Notes under the pieces: generated by a model
What the model was told of the DNA's origin: nothing
The model's database searches: none
What the model saw: the letters and a program-made list of their open reading frames with translations, nothing else
Shown here: positions 1 to 25,947 of the stretch, in pieces
Layout of the letters: each line of letters starts with the position of its first letter
How positions within the stretch are numbered: position 1 is the first letter of the stretch
Translations under genes and position numbers: made by a program
NCBI RefSeq assembly: GCF_009914755.1
Contig: NC_060927.1
DNA from: the human T2T-CHM13v2.0 reference genome, Homo sapiens
Direction: 5' to 3' (one strand)
Length of the DNA stretch: 64,000 nucleotides

Positions 1-129
1 AATAACACATGTTATATACATATATATACCCATCTCAGCCTCCCAAAGTGCTGAGATTACAGGTGTGAGCCATCGTGCTTTGCCATAACGTGGTTTTTTT
101 AATGTTTTATTTTAAAAATGTTTTTATAA

Positions 130-987
<858 letters not shown>

Positions 988-1087
988 TTATCATTCCCTT
1001 CCTTTTCATTAGACGGTTATGTATGTACGTATCCTTAAACTTTATGCTAATGGTATCACATTTTGTGTATTCTACTACTTTTAAACA

Positions 1088-1497
1088 TTTATGGATTAAA
1101 TTCTGTCCCTCCAAAAAAGATATGTTGGAGTCTTAACCCCTAATACTTTAAGCCGTGACCCCGTTTGCAGACACCGTCTTTACAGAGGTGCTCAAGGTGA
1201 GAGGCACTCATTAGAGTGGACCCTCATTCGATACGACTGGTGTCCTTATAACAAGCAGAACACAGGACAGAGGCAGAGCCACCAGCAGGGAGAACACCAC
1301 ATGAAGCCTGGAGTCAGGCTTCCGGACGAAGCCGGGAGAGAGGCGGGGAACAGGTCCTCCTCCCACGCCTTCCCAGGGAACGTGGCCCTGTCGGCACCCT
1401 GATCTCCTCGCCCCTAGAACTGGGAGACAACACGTTTCTGCTGTCCAGCCACCCAGTGTGCGGTACTTTGTTACAGCAGCCCCAAAAAATAAAGACA
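1088..1497 (+). mobile_element. MaLR solo LTR (MLT1B/C-like)
   Basis: Typical MLT1 motifs: gatatgttggagtcttaacccc, gactggtgtccttataa, agccacccagtgtgcggtactttgttacagcagcccc. Confidence 0.8.
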
Positions 1498-1499
1498 CC

Positions 1500-3020
<1,521 letters not shown>

Positions 3021-4361
3021 TGCCTGCTTTTCTCACAGGGGCGTTCTGAAGCTCAAAGGAGAAAATGCGTGTGAAAGTGTCCAGAACTGTGAAACAATGT
3101 ACAAGTAAGAGAGTCTGCGATGCTGATTTGCTGGAGGGTGACAAAGCCGTTTAAGAGAAGGCTGCTTTGGCCTTTGATTTGCTAATCAGTTGGTAGCGTC
3201 ATAGGCTGCCAGTAGGCCAGGCAGAAACCCAACCTCCATTCTGCCTCCGGAGGCTGGAGAACACAGCCAAAAAGACCAGCTGAAGCATGTGGTCTTTGCA
3301 GGAAAGTAAGTTCCAGTGGCACTGCTGGGGCTGGCCCCGTCCACCCACACTGTTCACTCCATCTGCCACCTGACATTAGCAAATTAGGCTGCAAATACAG
3401 CCCTGAGTCATAGAGAAAAGATGAAATTACACTCAGGAAACTCTGCTCACTGAAGTGCATGAGTAACAGGATGCAGAAAGACACCCATTAAAAGCGGCTA
3501 AAAACGAGTCAGGTGCTCCAAGGCAGCCTGCTGCACACCCCAACACGCGGGCAGGCTCCGCCCCAGCTCCAACTCCACCTGGAGGGGCAACACGCACCCA
3601 TTATACGAGCCACACGGGGGCCCCAGCAACTGGCCCAGACAAGGCTGCAGAGCCCACTCAGGGTGGAACCCCCTTTAGCGAACTGGAAGGTTCCATGACG
3701 GGGCTGCGGGGAAGGAAGCCGACTCGTGGGGAGTTAGCTGAGCTGCCGGAGGAAACTGACAAAATCAAACGCACCCTTTGGCCTGCACAAGGCGATATTG
3801 TTGGTTCTCCCTGAAGCACATCCTGGCCAGGAGACAGAGCTTAGGCCAGCCCCCGGGCCAGGTGCCTGCTACCCAGACCTGTGATCCTAGCCAAAAGTCT
3901 CTGAGTTCTGGATGTCCACACTGGGAAGGGAGAGCAGCGAGGGAAGGGTTACCAAAGGGGCCTGAGGAGACATTCGGGGGTGACAGATTGTCAGCATCTT
4001 TTTGTTTGGTTTTTCTTTTAAGCGATGGGGGCGGGGGGTGGGGGGGGGTCTCACTATGTTGCTGAGGCTGGTCTCGAACTCCTGGCCTCAAGCAATCCTC
4101 CTGCCTCAGCCCCCGAGTAACTGGAATTCAAGACGTCAGCCACGGCCCCCAGCTTAGCTTCAGCATCTTGATTGCAGTGGTGGCTTCACAGATGTATACA
4201 TATGTCAGAACTTATCAAATTGTATATTTTCAATATCTATTTTAGACAATTAGATCTCAATAAGGCTGTTTAAAAATTACAGAATGGTGTGATGGCGACT
4301 TTTACTAAATATGCATGTTGACAGCAAGAGGAACGACTAGAAGGAGGTCCCCAGATGTTAA

Positions 4362-10094
<5,733 letters not shown>

Positions 10095-11096
10095 TGAGGC
10101 CGGATGGAAGAATGGACAGAATTGCCCCCACTCTCCTGTTCTGGAATTTAAAGAAGAAAAAAGAGGGGAGGAGGCATCACCTAGTTGGGACCAGGCTTGG
10201 GGAAAAAAGGACAGAATTTGCAGACCAAACAGGGAAGCTGTGAAAGAAAAAAGCAAGTCCCTGGCAAGCAGCTCAGCAGCTGGAAATCCCCCTCGGTCCT
10301 TGGGAGAGACAATGAGCTCCAGCTGCTCTCAACTGCGATGCAGAGAGAGCTGGTTCCCACCCTGCAGCCGTCCCCGTGTCCTTCTCCTCGCTGAGCCTCA
10401 CCTCCTCCGCCTGCCACAGAGGCGAGCATCCCGCTTCCTGCCCAGGGATGCAGCGGAGAATGAATATCACCTAGGTAACAACTCACAAGCACAGTGTCTG
10501 GCTTCGGGGCGTAGGGGCGGGGACACATGTAATCAATACAAGCCGCCTGCCTGGGTGGCTTCCCCCTTCCCTGATGAAGACCTCCAGGCCGCAGAGAATG
10601 CTCTGTTCCTGGTCACAAGGCTGCAGCTGAAGGGCGGGGGAGGCCTCTCAGATTCAAAACAGAGCAGAGATGAGAGGCCTAATTCTAATTTGAGATCAGA
10701 GCCTGACAGCTGGGCAGGTGGCAGGCGGCCGCTTCCTCCCCTCCGTGGAGCCTGCCAGGAGAGGGGCTGTGGTCGTATTAAGGGTGTGAGTGGCAAGGCC
10801 CGCAGCGGGATGGGCAGTCCCCGCCATGCCAGTGCAGCTCTGTGTAAATCCTTAGTCCCGAGTATCCTCGTGTAACTCAGAGCTGGAAAGAGCCGTAGAT
10901 CTTCTGGTTCCATGCTTTCATTTTACACATAAGGAAACAGGCCCACAGAGGAAAAGGGCTTTTTGTAGTCACGTGGCGAGGCAGGGGAAGCTGGGCCCAG
11001 AATGCAGGGGACCTGCCACCCAGACCCACAGCCAGGACCCCCCAACGGGAAAACGCTCGCTCGGCCACCAAGAGCATTTGATGAATTTGCCTCTAG

Positions 11097-11372
<276 letters not shown>

Positions 11373-12184
11373 TAAAATTCCCTTGCTCAAATGATCCTCC
11401 CACCTCAGCCTCCCAAAGAGTTGGGATTGCAGGTGTGAGCCACTGCACCCAGCCTACATGCAATTTTATTTTATTTTTTTTATTTTTTCATTTTATTTTT
11501 GAGACAGGGTTTCGTTCTGTTGTCCAGGCTGGAGTGTAGTGGCGAAATTAAAGCTCACTGCAGCCTCTACTTCCTGGGCTCAAGTGATCCTCCCCCCTCA
11601 GCCTCCTGAATAGCTGGGACTATAGGTGTGCATCCCCATGCCTGGCTAACTTTTTTCTATTTTTTTGTAGAGATAGGGCGAGCCACTGTGTTGCCCAGGC
11701 AGGTCTCAAACTCCTGGGCTCAAGCAATCCTTTCATCTCGGCTTCCCAAAGTGCTGGGATCACAGGTGTGAGCCATTGTGCCTGGCTGTAATTTTAAATT
11801 AATACCTAATTATACTATGCATGAATACATTCTCTTTAAAAAGTTATTTCCTTGCCTCTTGGATATGGTGTGGCTACTCAGTGTTTGTTAAATGTGTGAA
11901 CAGGTGAATTCTTATTTCTATCATCCCATTCAGGCCCCAATCTTATTACCAGCTCCTCCCTGGATGCCAGCACCTCTCAACGCCCCCTCCCCTAGGACCC
12001 TCCTACCAGGACCACTGGATCAGGGCACCCAGGGGCAAGGAGGCCAGTGAGGCTGCTTGAGGGCCCCTCTAATTCCTGCCCCGCTCTTGGTTGGGGCTAG
12101 CTTTGGGGCACACTTTGGACTTTTTTTTTTTTTTTTCCAGATGGAGTCCCACTCTGTTGCCCAGGCTGGAGTATAGTAGTGTAA

Positions 12185-12718
<534 letters not shown>

Positions 12719-12872
12719 TGAAGCCAAGGGAATGAGTGACTTCTCCAAAAGCAGGTTGAGTCATGCTGAACCTCACTGGTTCCCCAGTAGCAGGAGCATG
12801 AGGACCAAGGACGGACCTAGAAGATTCATGGTAGGGGCTGAGGGGAAGAGCAGCCAAGAGTCAGGAGGGTCA

Positions 12873-13010
<138 letters not shown>

Positions 13011-14355
13011 TTAAAATACAAAAATTAGCCGGGTGTGGTGGCGGGCGCCTGTAATCCCAGCAACTCAGAAGGCTGAGGCAGGAGAATCGCTTGAACCCGG
13101 GAGGCGGAGGCTGCAGTGAGCCGAAATCGCGACAGAGCGAGACTCTGTCTCAAAAACAGCAATAACAACAAAAGAAGTATGTCTGATTCCTCAGGCCAGA
13201 GTAAAAGAGGTTTCAAGAAAGAGGGTGTGGTCAACAGTGCCAGGTGCAGCTAATGTAAAGGAAAAGTGGCCTCCTTTTTCCCTTGACGTGGATGCGTACA
13301 AACCCTCCCCTGGGACCAAGCTCAGGGCCGGGCCACGACCAGGGGCCCTCAGGCTAGATCTGGTGCCGGAGGAGACCTGCTGCCGAGGCTGGACGGGTGA
13401 GCCTGGAAGGGCGTGGACCCTCCACCCAACCTCAGGGACAAGTGCCTGACACCCCCCTGAGCAGAAACAGGGTGGGACGGAAACCAAACAAATTGCTCCT
13501 GAAATCCATGTTTTAGGAATGTTTGGTTTTCAGCTTCTCTTTCCTGCAGCAGGATGTTTAAAGAAAACAAATCTTTAAAGTCTTCTACTCCAAAGCAAAG
13601 AGCGCTGTGTGTGCCTACTTCTGGTCTCCGCTTCAGGAACAAACCCCCTTTACTCTCTGGCCTGGATTGGGCCCAAGGCAGCCGGAGCTTCCTGGCCAAG
13701 CTGGGCCAGCAGCCCAGGCCCCCACCAAAGGCTCAGAGTGAGCTGGGCACCACCAGGCCTTGAGGCCTTCCAGAGGCTTCTACTCCAGGGCACTCTGAGG
13801 CCGGGGGCTGTGGGTGGCTAACAGACTATGCCGCCAGCTGGGAGCAGAGGGGACCCCATCTCTGCCCCAAATCCAAGTCTGGCCAGCTCCTTCCCCTAGG
13901 GATAGATACTTGGTGGGGAAGAGAGGGAGCTGAGAAGGTCACCCAAGAAAGGTGAGCCGGGCCGTCTGCCTGGGAGTCAGAATGAGGTGGCCCATCCTCG
14001 GACTTGACCATTTCCCAATGCCCTGTTTAATTTAATTTTTTATTTTATTATATAGGGACAGGGTCTCAATATATTGCCCAGGCTAGTCTCGAACTCCTGG
14101 ACTCACATGACCCACTTGCCTCGGCCTCCCAAAGTGCTGGGACTACAGGCATGAGCCACCACCCCCACCCCCCAGATAATCTAAATTCAGAGCCTGCAAA
14201 AGGCTCAGGGCCCAAGGAGAGAAAATGGAGACAGAAGAGAAAGGGAATTTCTCCCTCCAGGTCCCCACGCCTGAGTCAGACCCTCTCACTGTTTCCTTTA
14301 CAACCACCGCACACCCACCTGGACCTGGCCTAAGAAAAGGAATACAAGTCCATGA

Positions 14356-14742
<387 letters not shown>

Positions 14743-15273
14743 TGAGGTCGGCCGGGCATGGAGTTTGGTTTCAACTTCACGTTGAGATCGGAGCAGCTCT
14801 GAGAGGTCGGGGCTTCATCCAGGGCCACACATCCAGCTGGCAGCAGAGCCACCTGTCCACCCAGCTCTCCGGATGCCCGGCCTGTGCTCCCTACACAGCC
14901 GCTTACTGCCCTGCCAGGAAAAGGCAGGCAGGAGGGATCTTTCCACTCCCATCAGGGGCTGAGGAACAGGCATCTAGGAGCTAAATCTGACTGGGGGAGT
15001 CTCCCAGCCCAGACAGCCCAGGGCCCTGCCCAGGGGTCAGTGCTTTCACTTGCTGACCTCATGCCTCCACCACTACTCGGGGACAGATGAGGTTCAGCAT
15101 GACTCAGGTTCAGCCAAAGGATACTAATGGGCCATGGAATAAATCCTGCCTGGAGCCCTGTTCACCTCAGGACTTGTCCTCAGACCATGGACCTTCCTCC
15201 CTGGTCACTCAGTCAAGGAATCGCAGGAGATCAGTGCAAGAGTAGCTCTGAATGGGCCGGGCGCGGCGGCTCA

Positions 15274-15714
<441 letters not shown>

Positions 15715-16948
15715 TCAACTGTGTTGTCATTGCTGTCATTGCTACACTGGAGTCAGATCACTAGGCCTTTAGGAGGAAGAACGTGCCCTTCCTGTTGACA
15801 GGCCGGGCCTCTGACCCAGGCGTCTCCTCTCCGTGGGGTGGCAGGAAGGGCCCAGGACTCAGGTGGCAGATCAGGGACCCCCTGGCCTGGCCTCTGCTCA
15901 GCTGTGTGATCTTGGGGAAGCCCCGCCTTGCGTCCCCCACCGCCTTGGTTTTCTTCTTGCTGAGAAGTGAGGGAGGTGGCTGGCTGTTCAGCAGGGCCCC
16001 TTCCACTTTGGGAATCCCCAGTTTCAGCAGCAGAACTTCCCCAAGCAGAAAGCTGCTGGGAAAGTGGGTGCCCAGGTGGGAGGCGGAAGCCCCAGGGAGA
16101 GGCAGACGAAGGTGCCCTGTGTGGGCCCCGCCTCCAGCCTGGTGGACAGTGCCCTGGGTTTCCATGCCCAGACCAGGGCCTTCCTGGAACCGCAGCCAGG
16201 ACGTGAGAAGCTGTCAGACAGCTGCCTCTGTGTTCCTGGAAGCTGTGGTTCAGGAAAAGTGGGAGGGAGAGAAGGAGGGAGAGAGCAATCGAGGGAGAGC
16301 AGAAGAGTGTGAAGAGAAAGAGAAAGACAGGAGGAGGAGCAAGGGGAAGGGAGGAGGCAAGCGTGGAAAGGTGAGAAGAGGTGAGGCAGAGGCCTACATG
16401 GAGAGGCAGAGCCTGGGACGCTGCCTGCGGGGGAGGTCAGGTGAGGAGCAGGGAGGGCGGAGGCTGTGAGCAGCCACCCTGGAACAGAGCTCGGAACACC
16501 ATTGCTTTTGCCTTCCTTCAGCCTGAAACACTGCCTGGCCACAAAGCAGAAGCAGCAGTTGCTTTCTTAACAGGAGGCAGAGCCGTTGTTGGGTGACCCT
16601 CTTCTCATTCCCTTGAAGAATCTCAGCCCATGCCCCCATCCCTTCTGGCCTGGAGACACCAGTGTTGGGGAGTTTTGTGTAAAACAGTAACAAAGACCTC
16701 GTGTCCGAAGCAGCACCCTTTACCTCTGTTGTCAGGGCCACAGGGAAACCCGCACCCAGCCGGACAGGAGTCAGAGGCTGTTGTCATGGTAACTGGCATC
16801 CCAAGGCCTGGTCTGCCTCCTGCCTCCTTTATCGGGCTATGATGGTCACTGCTTCCTCTGCGAAGCACCTGTCATGTGTGGGGGTTTGTGCCAAGCTCTT
16901 TCCATGCACTAGGTAAGCCATGTCATAACCACACGATGAGATACGACT

Positions 16949-16975
<27 letters not shown>
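16949..16975. repeat. (TG)n microsatellite
   Basis: Read directly from the sequence. Confidence 0.95.
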
Positions 16976-16980
<5 letters not shown>

Positions 16981-17565
16981 TCTAGAGATACAATTATTAA
17001 TCTTACATTACAGGGGGAGAAACCAGGCAGCCCACCTTCAGAGCCCGCGTCTTAACTGTGACCCCACGTTGAAATAAAATGTGGAAACTGCCCACAGACA
17101 CACCTCGTGGTGGCTACGAGTCACAGGGGCTGCACTTCTGCCTCTTGGGGAGTTGCTTGTTTGCTCCATGCTGGTTTCCTCACCTCAGAAACTAGAATAA
17201 CAGTTCCATAGAGCAGTCGTGAGGATTGAAGGAGGCAGCCTGGACACTGAGCACAGGCCCTGGCCCAGGCAGGGCTCCATCGAGGGTTTGTTAGTACAGG
17301 AGTTCTGGCGAGCCCTCAGCCGCTGGGCTGCTTCCCTCCAGCCATTCCTCTGCATGCTAAGAACTAAAGAGAAGGGAGTCAGACCCAGATGGAGCATGGG
17401 TGTCAGGCACTGTGCCCAGCTGCCCATGAGAGCCAGCAAGGTGCCTGTGTCCTTTGAGGTACTAGGATTCTGGGCCCTGGATCCTGCAGTGCGGTGACCT
17501 CCCCTTCCCCCATCTGTCCCTGCCCTGCTCCACCCTCAGCCACCTGCAGGGCCCCCACCCAAGGG

Positions 17566-17606
17566 TCAGGGCAGAGCAGGGCAGAGCAGGGCAGAGCAGG
17601 GCAGGG
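17566..17606. repeat. (CAGGGCAGAG)n decamer repeat, about 4 copies
   Basis: Read directly from the sequence. Confidence 0.85.
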
Positions 17607-20064
17607 CTGAGTGGGAGGCAGCGGAGGGGGTCATTATCACCGGCAGCACAGGGCTGAAGAGAGTTAAACCTTCTTATCAGTTCCCTGGGCCTGTGCCCAG
17701 CCCAGCCCAGCTCTGAGGCACAGGGGCTGGAGAGCAGAGCCCTGGGGTTGCCAGCCAAGCCTGTCTCCTCTGGAATGGCCCAGGACCAGGGATGGGGCAG
17801 CGGCCTGGGAACCCGAGAGTCACCAGACTGGCTGCACCGTGTGATCTGATGCAACCACTTCCCTCTCCGGGCCCCAGAGTCCCTGCTTATGAAATTGGGG
17901 GTCGGGGGCAGCTGGATGAGGCAGCCCGGGTCCCTTCCTCTCCTAGAGAGTTAGGATCCTGTGATCCCTGGGAGGTGGCTATGACTGTCAGTCCTACAGA
18001 CGAGGAAGCTGAGGCTACGCACAGGACAGTGACTTCTCCACAGCACACTAGTTGGGCACAGAGAGGAATGATGGGGCTGAGCCCCACCCCACATGCCCAT
18101 GAAGCTTGTGAGCCTTCCAGAAGGCCCATGGAGGAAAGGCGTGGAGATGGGAGGTCGCTGCCCTGGGCACCCCATCCCAGGGTCTAACCCCTTTCTTCAG
18201 GTCCTAGGGGCCAGCTGGGGACCTCTCAGAGGAGCCCTAGACAGTCAGGCACCTGGCGGCTTTGCAGGCCTGGGGTCACTCCTTGGCTCCAGCCCACAGA
18301 AGGCAGAGATGGCAGGGCTTCCTGGGCGTATAGACAGTAGGCCCTGTAACTGGGCTCTGATAACACCCCTCCCCTTATCAGTGGGTCAAGGACTGGGTGG
18401 GGTGCATCTGAGAATCAAGGGTACATTCCACAGAAACAAGGAAGGGGCAGAAAGGAAAAGTGGGTGCAGCTGAACCGAGGCCTCTCAGCCCGGCTGCAAA
18501 GAATCCCGGAGGGGTCCCCTGGCTTAGGGGGGAGAGTGTGGAGTGGTGGGGAGTCAAAGGAAGGGACAGTCTAAGTCTCACTTAACTCTCCAGGAGCCAA
18601 GGGGCCTGATCCAAGTGACTTTCCTGAAGAAACCTTAGAAATCCTAGGCTGGGGCCGGGCGCCGTGGCTTATGCCTGTATTCCCAGCCCTTTGGGAGGCT
18701 GAGGTGGGCTTATCACTTGAACCCAGGAGTTTGAGACCAGCTTGGCTAACATGGTGAAACTCTGTCTCTACTACAACTACAAAAATTAGCTGGATATGGT
18801 GGTGCACACCTGTAATTCCAGCTACTCAGGAAGCTGAGTCACGAGAATCAGTTGAATCCAGGAGGAGGAGGCTGCGGTGAGCCGAGATCGCACCACTGCA
18901 CTCCAGCCTGGGCGACAGAGCAAGACTCCGTCTCCAAAAAAAAAAAAAGAAATCCCAGGCTGGGAGGGACAGAGAGACCTAGAATCCACATTTAGAGCAG
19001 GAGGCCATTGCCCTCAGAGGGTTCATGGTCTCCTTTGACACTATGAGGAAAATTATGTCTGCCCAGTGGGGAAATTGAGGCCCAGCGTGTGAGGGGAAAT
19101 GACTCACAGCTGGCTTAGGGCTTGAAAGGCCCCTGCCTGAGGCTGTGTCCCCTGCATACCTGGAGGCGAGGACCAGTAGGTGCCGTCCTGAACTAAGGGA
19201 CAGGGTGGCAGAGGAAGGTCAGGGCCTCCCCAGATACTGGGCCTGGGCTTCTTTGCCCCTGTGGGCTGGGACTCCAGGCAGGCACCACTTCTTCAACCAG
19301 CCAGTTCCATAATTCACATCCCGGCCTTGGCCCAGGCTCCTGGACCCCCTCCCCCGTGGCCCATGCCAGGCAGGTGGGTGAGGCTGGGCCTGCACAGGGA
19401 AGGGTCTGAAGCCTGCAGGGTCGGTTGTGGCAGGACCCATTGGGCTGGAGATCTGGAGGGACGTCCTGCATCACCAGCGGTAGAGAGGACAGGGGCTGGG
19501 CCAGCGTCCCCCTGAGAATGCGCTCACACCCCAGCACACAGACACACACACCTCCGCGGCACCTGGGGGTGGCTCATCTGAACCCTTGGGTGACATCCTT
19601 CTGCCCCCACCCTCCTCCACACCCTGGTTTCACCCGGATACGAAGGTGGCAGGAAGCAAACAGTGTGACTTGGGCCCATTTTGACGCTCCAGGTGGCAGA
19701 ATCACTGGAACACCTGATAAAAATTCCCACCCTCCCCTGACACGGAAAGGCTGAGCCAGAAGAGCCTGGCAGAAGGGACTTCCCTGAAGAAAGGGGCCCA
19801 GGTCAGTCTCGAAGGTGGTCCTTGGAGAAGCTCTGGGTGGTGTGTCAGCTGCGTGGTGGAGAAAATCATCATGATGACACTGACCGCGCTCACTGTGTGC
19901 CTACCGTGTACCTGTGTCCCGATGTTTTGCATGAAACACCTCATTCCGGCCTCTGCCAGCCTTCCAGAAAGATGCATTATTCCCAGTCCCACGGTCACAT
20001 TCTGGCCGCTAGCAGAGCCACAGTTAGATGTGTCCCCCCGACCCCCCCAACCCCAGGGGCCTGA

Positions 20065-20833
<769 letters not shown>

Positions 20834-21009
20834 TAAGGAGGAGAGAAATGTTAGGTGTCTTGTCCAAGGTCACAGAGCCAGGTGGTGTCGGGTCCTGAAC
20901 TCAGGCCTCCACAGATCCTGGGTCCTCCATCCCGGAAGGTCTTTGTCCCGGCCCATTAGAGCCTCCTCCAAGCCCTCACCCAGGACGGACATGCGCAGCG
21001 TGACAGTTG

Positions 21010-21283
21010 TAAGAGGCAGGCAAGAGTATTTAATGGGCATTGAGGGTCTTGGCAGTCCCACCAGGGGAGTGGGCAAAGGGCAAGGCACAGAAAGGCTTCC
21101 ACTCAGGGCTCAGGAAGTGGGAGGTAAGGAGGCAGGTTCAGGAGGCGGGTTCAGGAGGCGGGTTCGGAGGTGAGCTCAGGTGCTGGTGCTGTGGGCATCT
21201 CCGGGTGCACAGGGGCGAGAGGAAGGCCGAACCTCGCCTGGGGGCTCCTGCAGCAGCAGGGGCAGCACTGGGCCCGTGTGGAA
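21010..21283 (-). other. ZDHHC19: Probable non-coding terminal exon (3' UTR) of ZDHHC19 with ATTAAA signal
   Basis: Acceptor ccctgttctgtgtttag| before 21283; ATTAAA at 21034-21029; cleavage point approximate. Confidence 0.7.
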
Positions 21284-21852
21284 CTAAACACAGAACAGGG
21301 GCATGAGTGCTCTCAACAAGACCCCGCCCCGCAGCTCGTGCCAGGTCTCCTGCTCCTGGAGGCAAAGGGAGCGGGCTGGCCCCACAGAATGTGCTGCAGA
21401 GGCCCCGGGGCGCAGGGGTTGCCCAGCCCCACGGTGGCCTCCTGATGCTCCACCTCCATGTCTCACGGGGCTTCGAGTCAATGTTTCCTTTAAATAAAAG
21501 AGTCTCCCGCCACCCGCACCCCCTGGCCAAATTATAAACCACGAGACTCATCTCAGTCCTGCGAGTAGGTGACTGGCCTGAGGCCCATCAGCACATGTAG
21601 TGGGGGAGTCATCCTCCATTTGTCTTTGTGACTCCAGGGACTCCTGGGTGTATTCTAGAGGCCTGGGCCCTGCTTCCAACGCCCCTCCAGTGTAGAACCC
21701 TCCTCCCCGCAAGCTCGGAGCGCTCCAGCCTCAGGGTCAGCCAAACCTCAGGGGCCTCCCCCCACACCCTCACAACCTGCAGACACCCCTCTCCCGACAC
21801 GCACAGACACCCACGCACACACACGCTTCTTACCTCCTGGAGAGCTGCAGCC

Positions 21853-22009
21853 TCACCACGCCCCGGGGGTCCCTTCCCTGCTTTGTAGGGACCCAGAGGT
21901 TGGGGCTGGGGGGTTGAGAGCAGAGGGGGACATTGGAGGGTGCAGATTCGGCATGGATGTCCAGTCAGGCCCCACCACTCTCTGCAGCTGGACAGCTTCA
22001 GCCATGTAC
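21853..22009 (-). CDS. ZDHHC19: ZDHHC19 coding exon 7 (YMAEAVQLQ...EGTPGAW*)
   Basis: ccccag| acceptor; TGA at 21855-21853; exon continues to a GTAAG donor at 21833. Confidence 0.92.
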
Positions 22010-22346
22010 CTGGGGAGCAGCAGGCCAGATGCAGGGGCCACCGTCCTCCCTGGTCCGGCTCCCCTGCCCGCCTCAGCTTGGGAAGCACACGGCCCAGGGC
22101 TTAGCTCTGCAGGAAGCTGAGGCCAGCCTCATCCAGGATGCAGCAGCCCTGTATGCCATAGTGGGGCAGGAACACACAGAGCCAAGGACGTAGGGAGGCC
22201 CCAGAGCTCCCAGTGCCCTGGAGAAAACCCCAGAGGAGCAGGAACAGTGAGTGTAAGGGCCTGGGGCTGTGGTAAGGAGCCAGGGTGAACCCACCTCTGC
22301 CCCACCCCCAGGGTTCACCAGTTGGGCCTCTGGCTTGCCAACTCAC

Positions 22347-22432
22347 TTGGGTCCCAGTGGTGCACAAATTGTTAAATACCAGTTGCTGGCACAGCCCTGG
22401 TCGAAGGGGTTGTATCCCTGAAGGTGTCTGCA
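22347..22432 (-). CDS. ZDHHC19: ZDHHC19 coding exon 6 (CRHLQGYNPFDQGCASNWYLTICAPLGPK)
   Basis: NPFxxG..N motif typical of the DHHC C-terminal region; ccag| acceptor and |gtgagt donor; 86 nt. Confidence 0.93.
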
Positions 22433-23197
22433 CTGGTCGGGGATGGAAACCGGAAGAGGAGCTCAGAACCAGCAGGAATGGCTGGGCCATCGCCCAGTGG
22501 CCCTCCCTGAGCTGGTCAGCTAGCCAGGGCTCAGCCCAGGGCACCAGCAAGCTGGAGGCCAGGAGACTGAAGGACCTCCCCACCACTGCCCCATCCTCCT
22601 CCTCTTGGTCTCCACTGGCCACACACATCCTCCTGCTACCTCCTTCCAGATACTGAATGTCACTGTCTGGAAGGTCAGTTGAGCAAGGCCCAGTCGTATT
22701 TCCCTAACCATGATCACATGGCCCAGGAAAATCTGGGCTAAAAGCCTTGAACACGCAATGCGGTAAAGGCCAAGTCCTCCCCTGGGCACTCTTGACCTTG
22801 ATCAGGTTCTCTCCCTCCTCTCTCCCCTTCGCCCACTCACTCTACCCATCCACCTCACCCCCTCCCAAACTCCCTCTCCGCCACAGGGCAGGCTGGGCCT
22901 CACCTGACTTCAAGAGCCTTCGCTGTCATGTTTTGTCACTGAAAGTGGCCCAGCAGCATCTCTGCCCACCACCAACTCCCCTGTGTCCCATGTCCCCGCT
23001 CTCCGCCGCAAAGGCTGAGATTTTCAACACCATTCTCCACCAAAGGAACCAGGACTCCATGCAAGGACAGCTGGCACTCACTGGAGGGAGGAAAAGTCTG
23101 GACAGCTCCATAACAGCTCACTGTCGCCACTCACTGTTGCCATAGGGCAATACGCATCCTTGCACTATTTGAGATTCTGCCTACTTTAAGGTATTTA

Positions 23198-23529
<332 letters not shown>

Positions 23530-23876
23530 TCATTTAGAAGATTTTGATTAAATTTATGGAATTTGGGCCAGGCATGGTGATTGGCACCTGTAATCCGAGT
23601 GTTTTGGGAGGTGGAGAAGGGAGGATCTCTTGACCCCAGAAGTTCAAGACCAGCCTGAGACTTTCATCTCTAAAAAAATAAAAATAGGTGGCTGTGGCAT
23701 TGTGCACCTGTAGTCTCAGCTTCTTGGGAGGCTGGGATGAGAGGATCCCTTGAGCCTAGGAGTTCGAGGCTGCAGTGAGCTATGATTACGCCACTGCACT
23801 CCAGCCTGAATGACAGAGTGGGACCCTGTCTCTAGAAAAACTAAAATCTAATAAAAATATATTGACAGAATTTTAA

Positions 23877-24126
<250 letters not shown>

Positions 24127-24344
24127 TAGCCAGGATGGTCTCTATCTCCTGACCTTGTGATCCGCCCGCCTCGGCCTCCCAAAGTGCTGGGATTACAAGC
24201 GTGAGCCACCACGCCTGGCCTTTTTTTTTTTTTTTTAGACGCAGTTTTGCTCTTGTTGCCCAGGCTGGAGTGCAGTGATCATAGGTCCTCACAAATTCAA
24301 ACTCCTGGGCTCAAGGGATCCTCCCACCTCTGTCTCCCAAGTAG

Positions 24345-24515
<171 letters not shown>

Positions 24516-24569
24516 TAGGGAAATAAATTTTTATTTATTAGATGTATATAAGGTATAGAAAAATGTTGA

Positions 24570-24911
<342 letters not shown>

Positions 24912-24980
24912 TGAGCCACCGTACCGGGCCAAAACTGACCAATACATTTGTACCTGCCTCTCCCACGCAAGATGCTTTCA

Positions 24981-25341
<361 letters not shown>

Positions 25342-25588
25342 TCACTGTCTCCAGACCTGGGGCTCCTGCTCCGATTCTGTGTCTGAAACTGCCTGACACT
25401 CCACAGGACCAAAGCCAGGGTGAGCTGCTTCTTGCTCCGTCTCCCACCCAACCCCCCTCTCCCCATTCCCCGCCAGGGATCAGGGCATCTGGCTTCTCTC
25501 TCTTTTTGTCTTTCCGTCCCTCCCAAAGTGCTATGGATTCCTTTGTTAGTTGGTTCACTCACTGTTTCAGGAATATTTTGGGGCCTTA

Positions 25589-25947
<359 letters not shown>

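Noticed and set aside
10240-10875. 211-aa ORF in GC-rich intergenic DNA
   Set aside because: Non-ATG start, no recognisable domain, and long ORFs are expected in stop-poor GC-rich sequence.
15783-16469. 228-aa ORF with a charged C-terminus
   Set aside because: Non-ATG start; the charged stretch comes from a purine-rich low-complexity tract; no recognisable homology.
19685-19700. CTCF-like motif (ctccaggtggcaga)
   Set aside because: Only a partial match; cannot be supported without PWM scoring or ChIP data.
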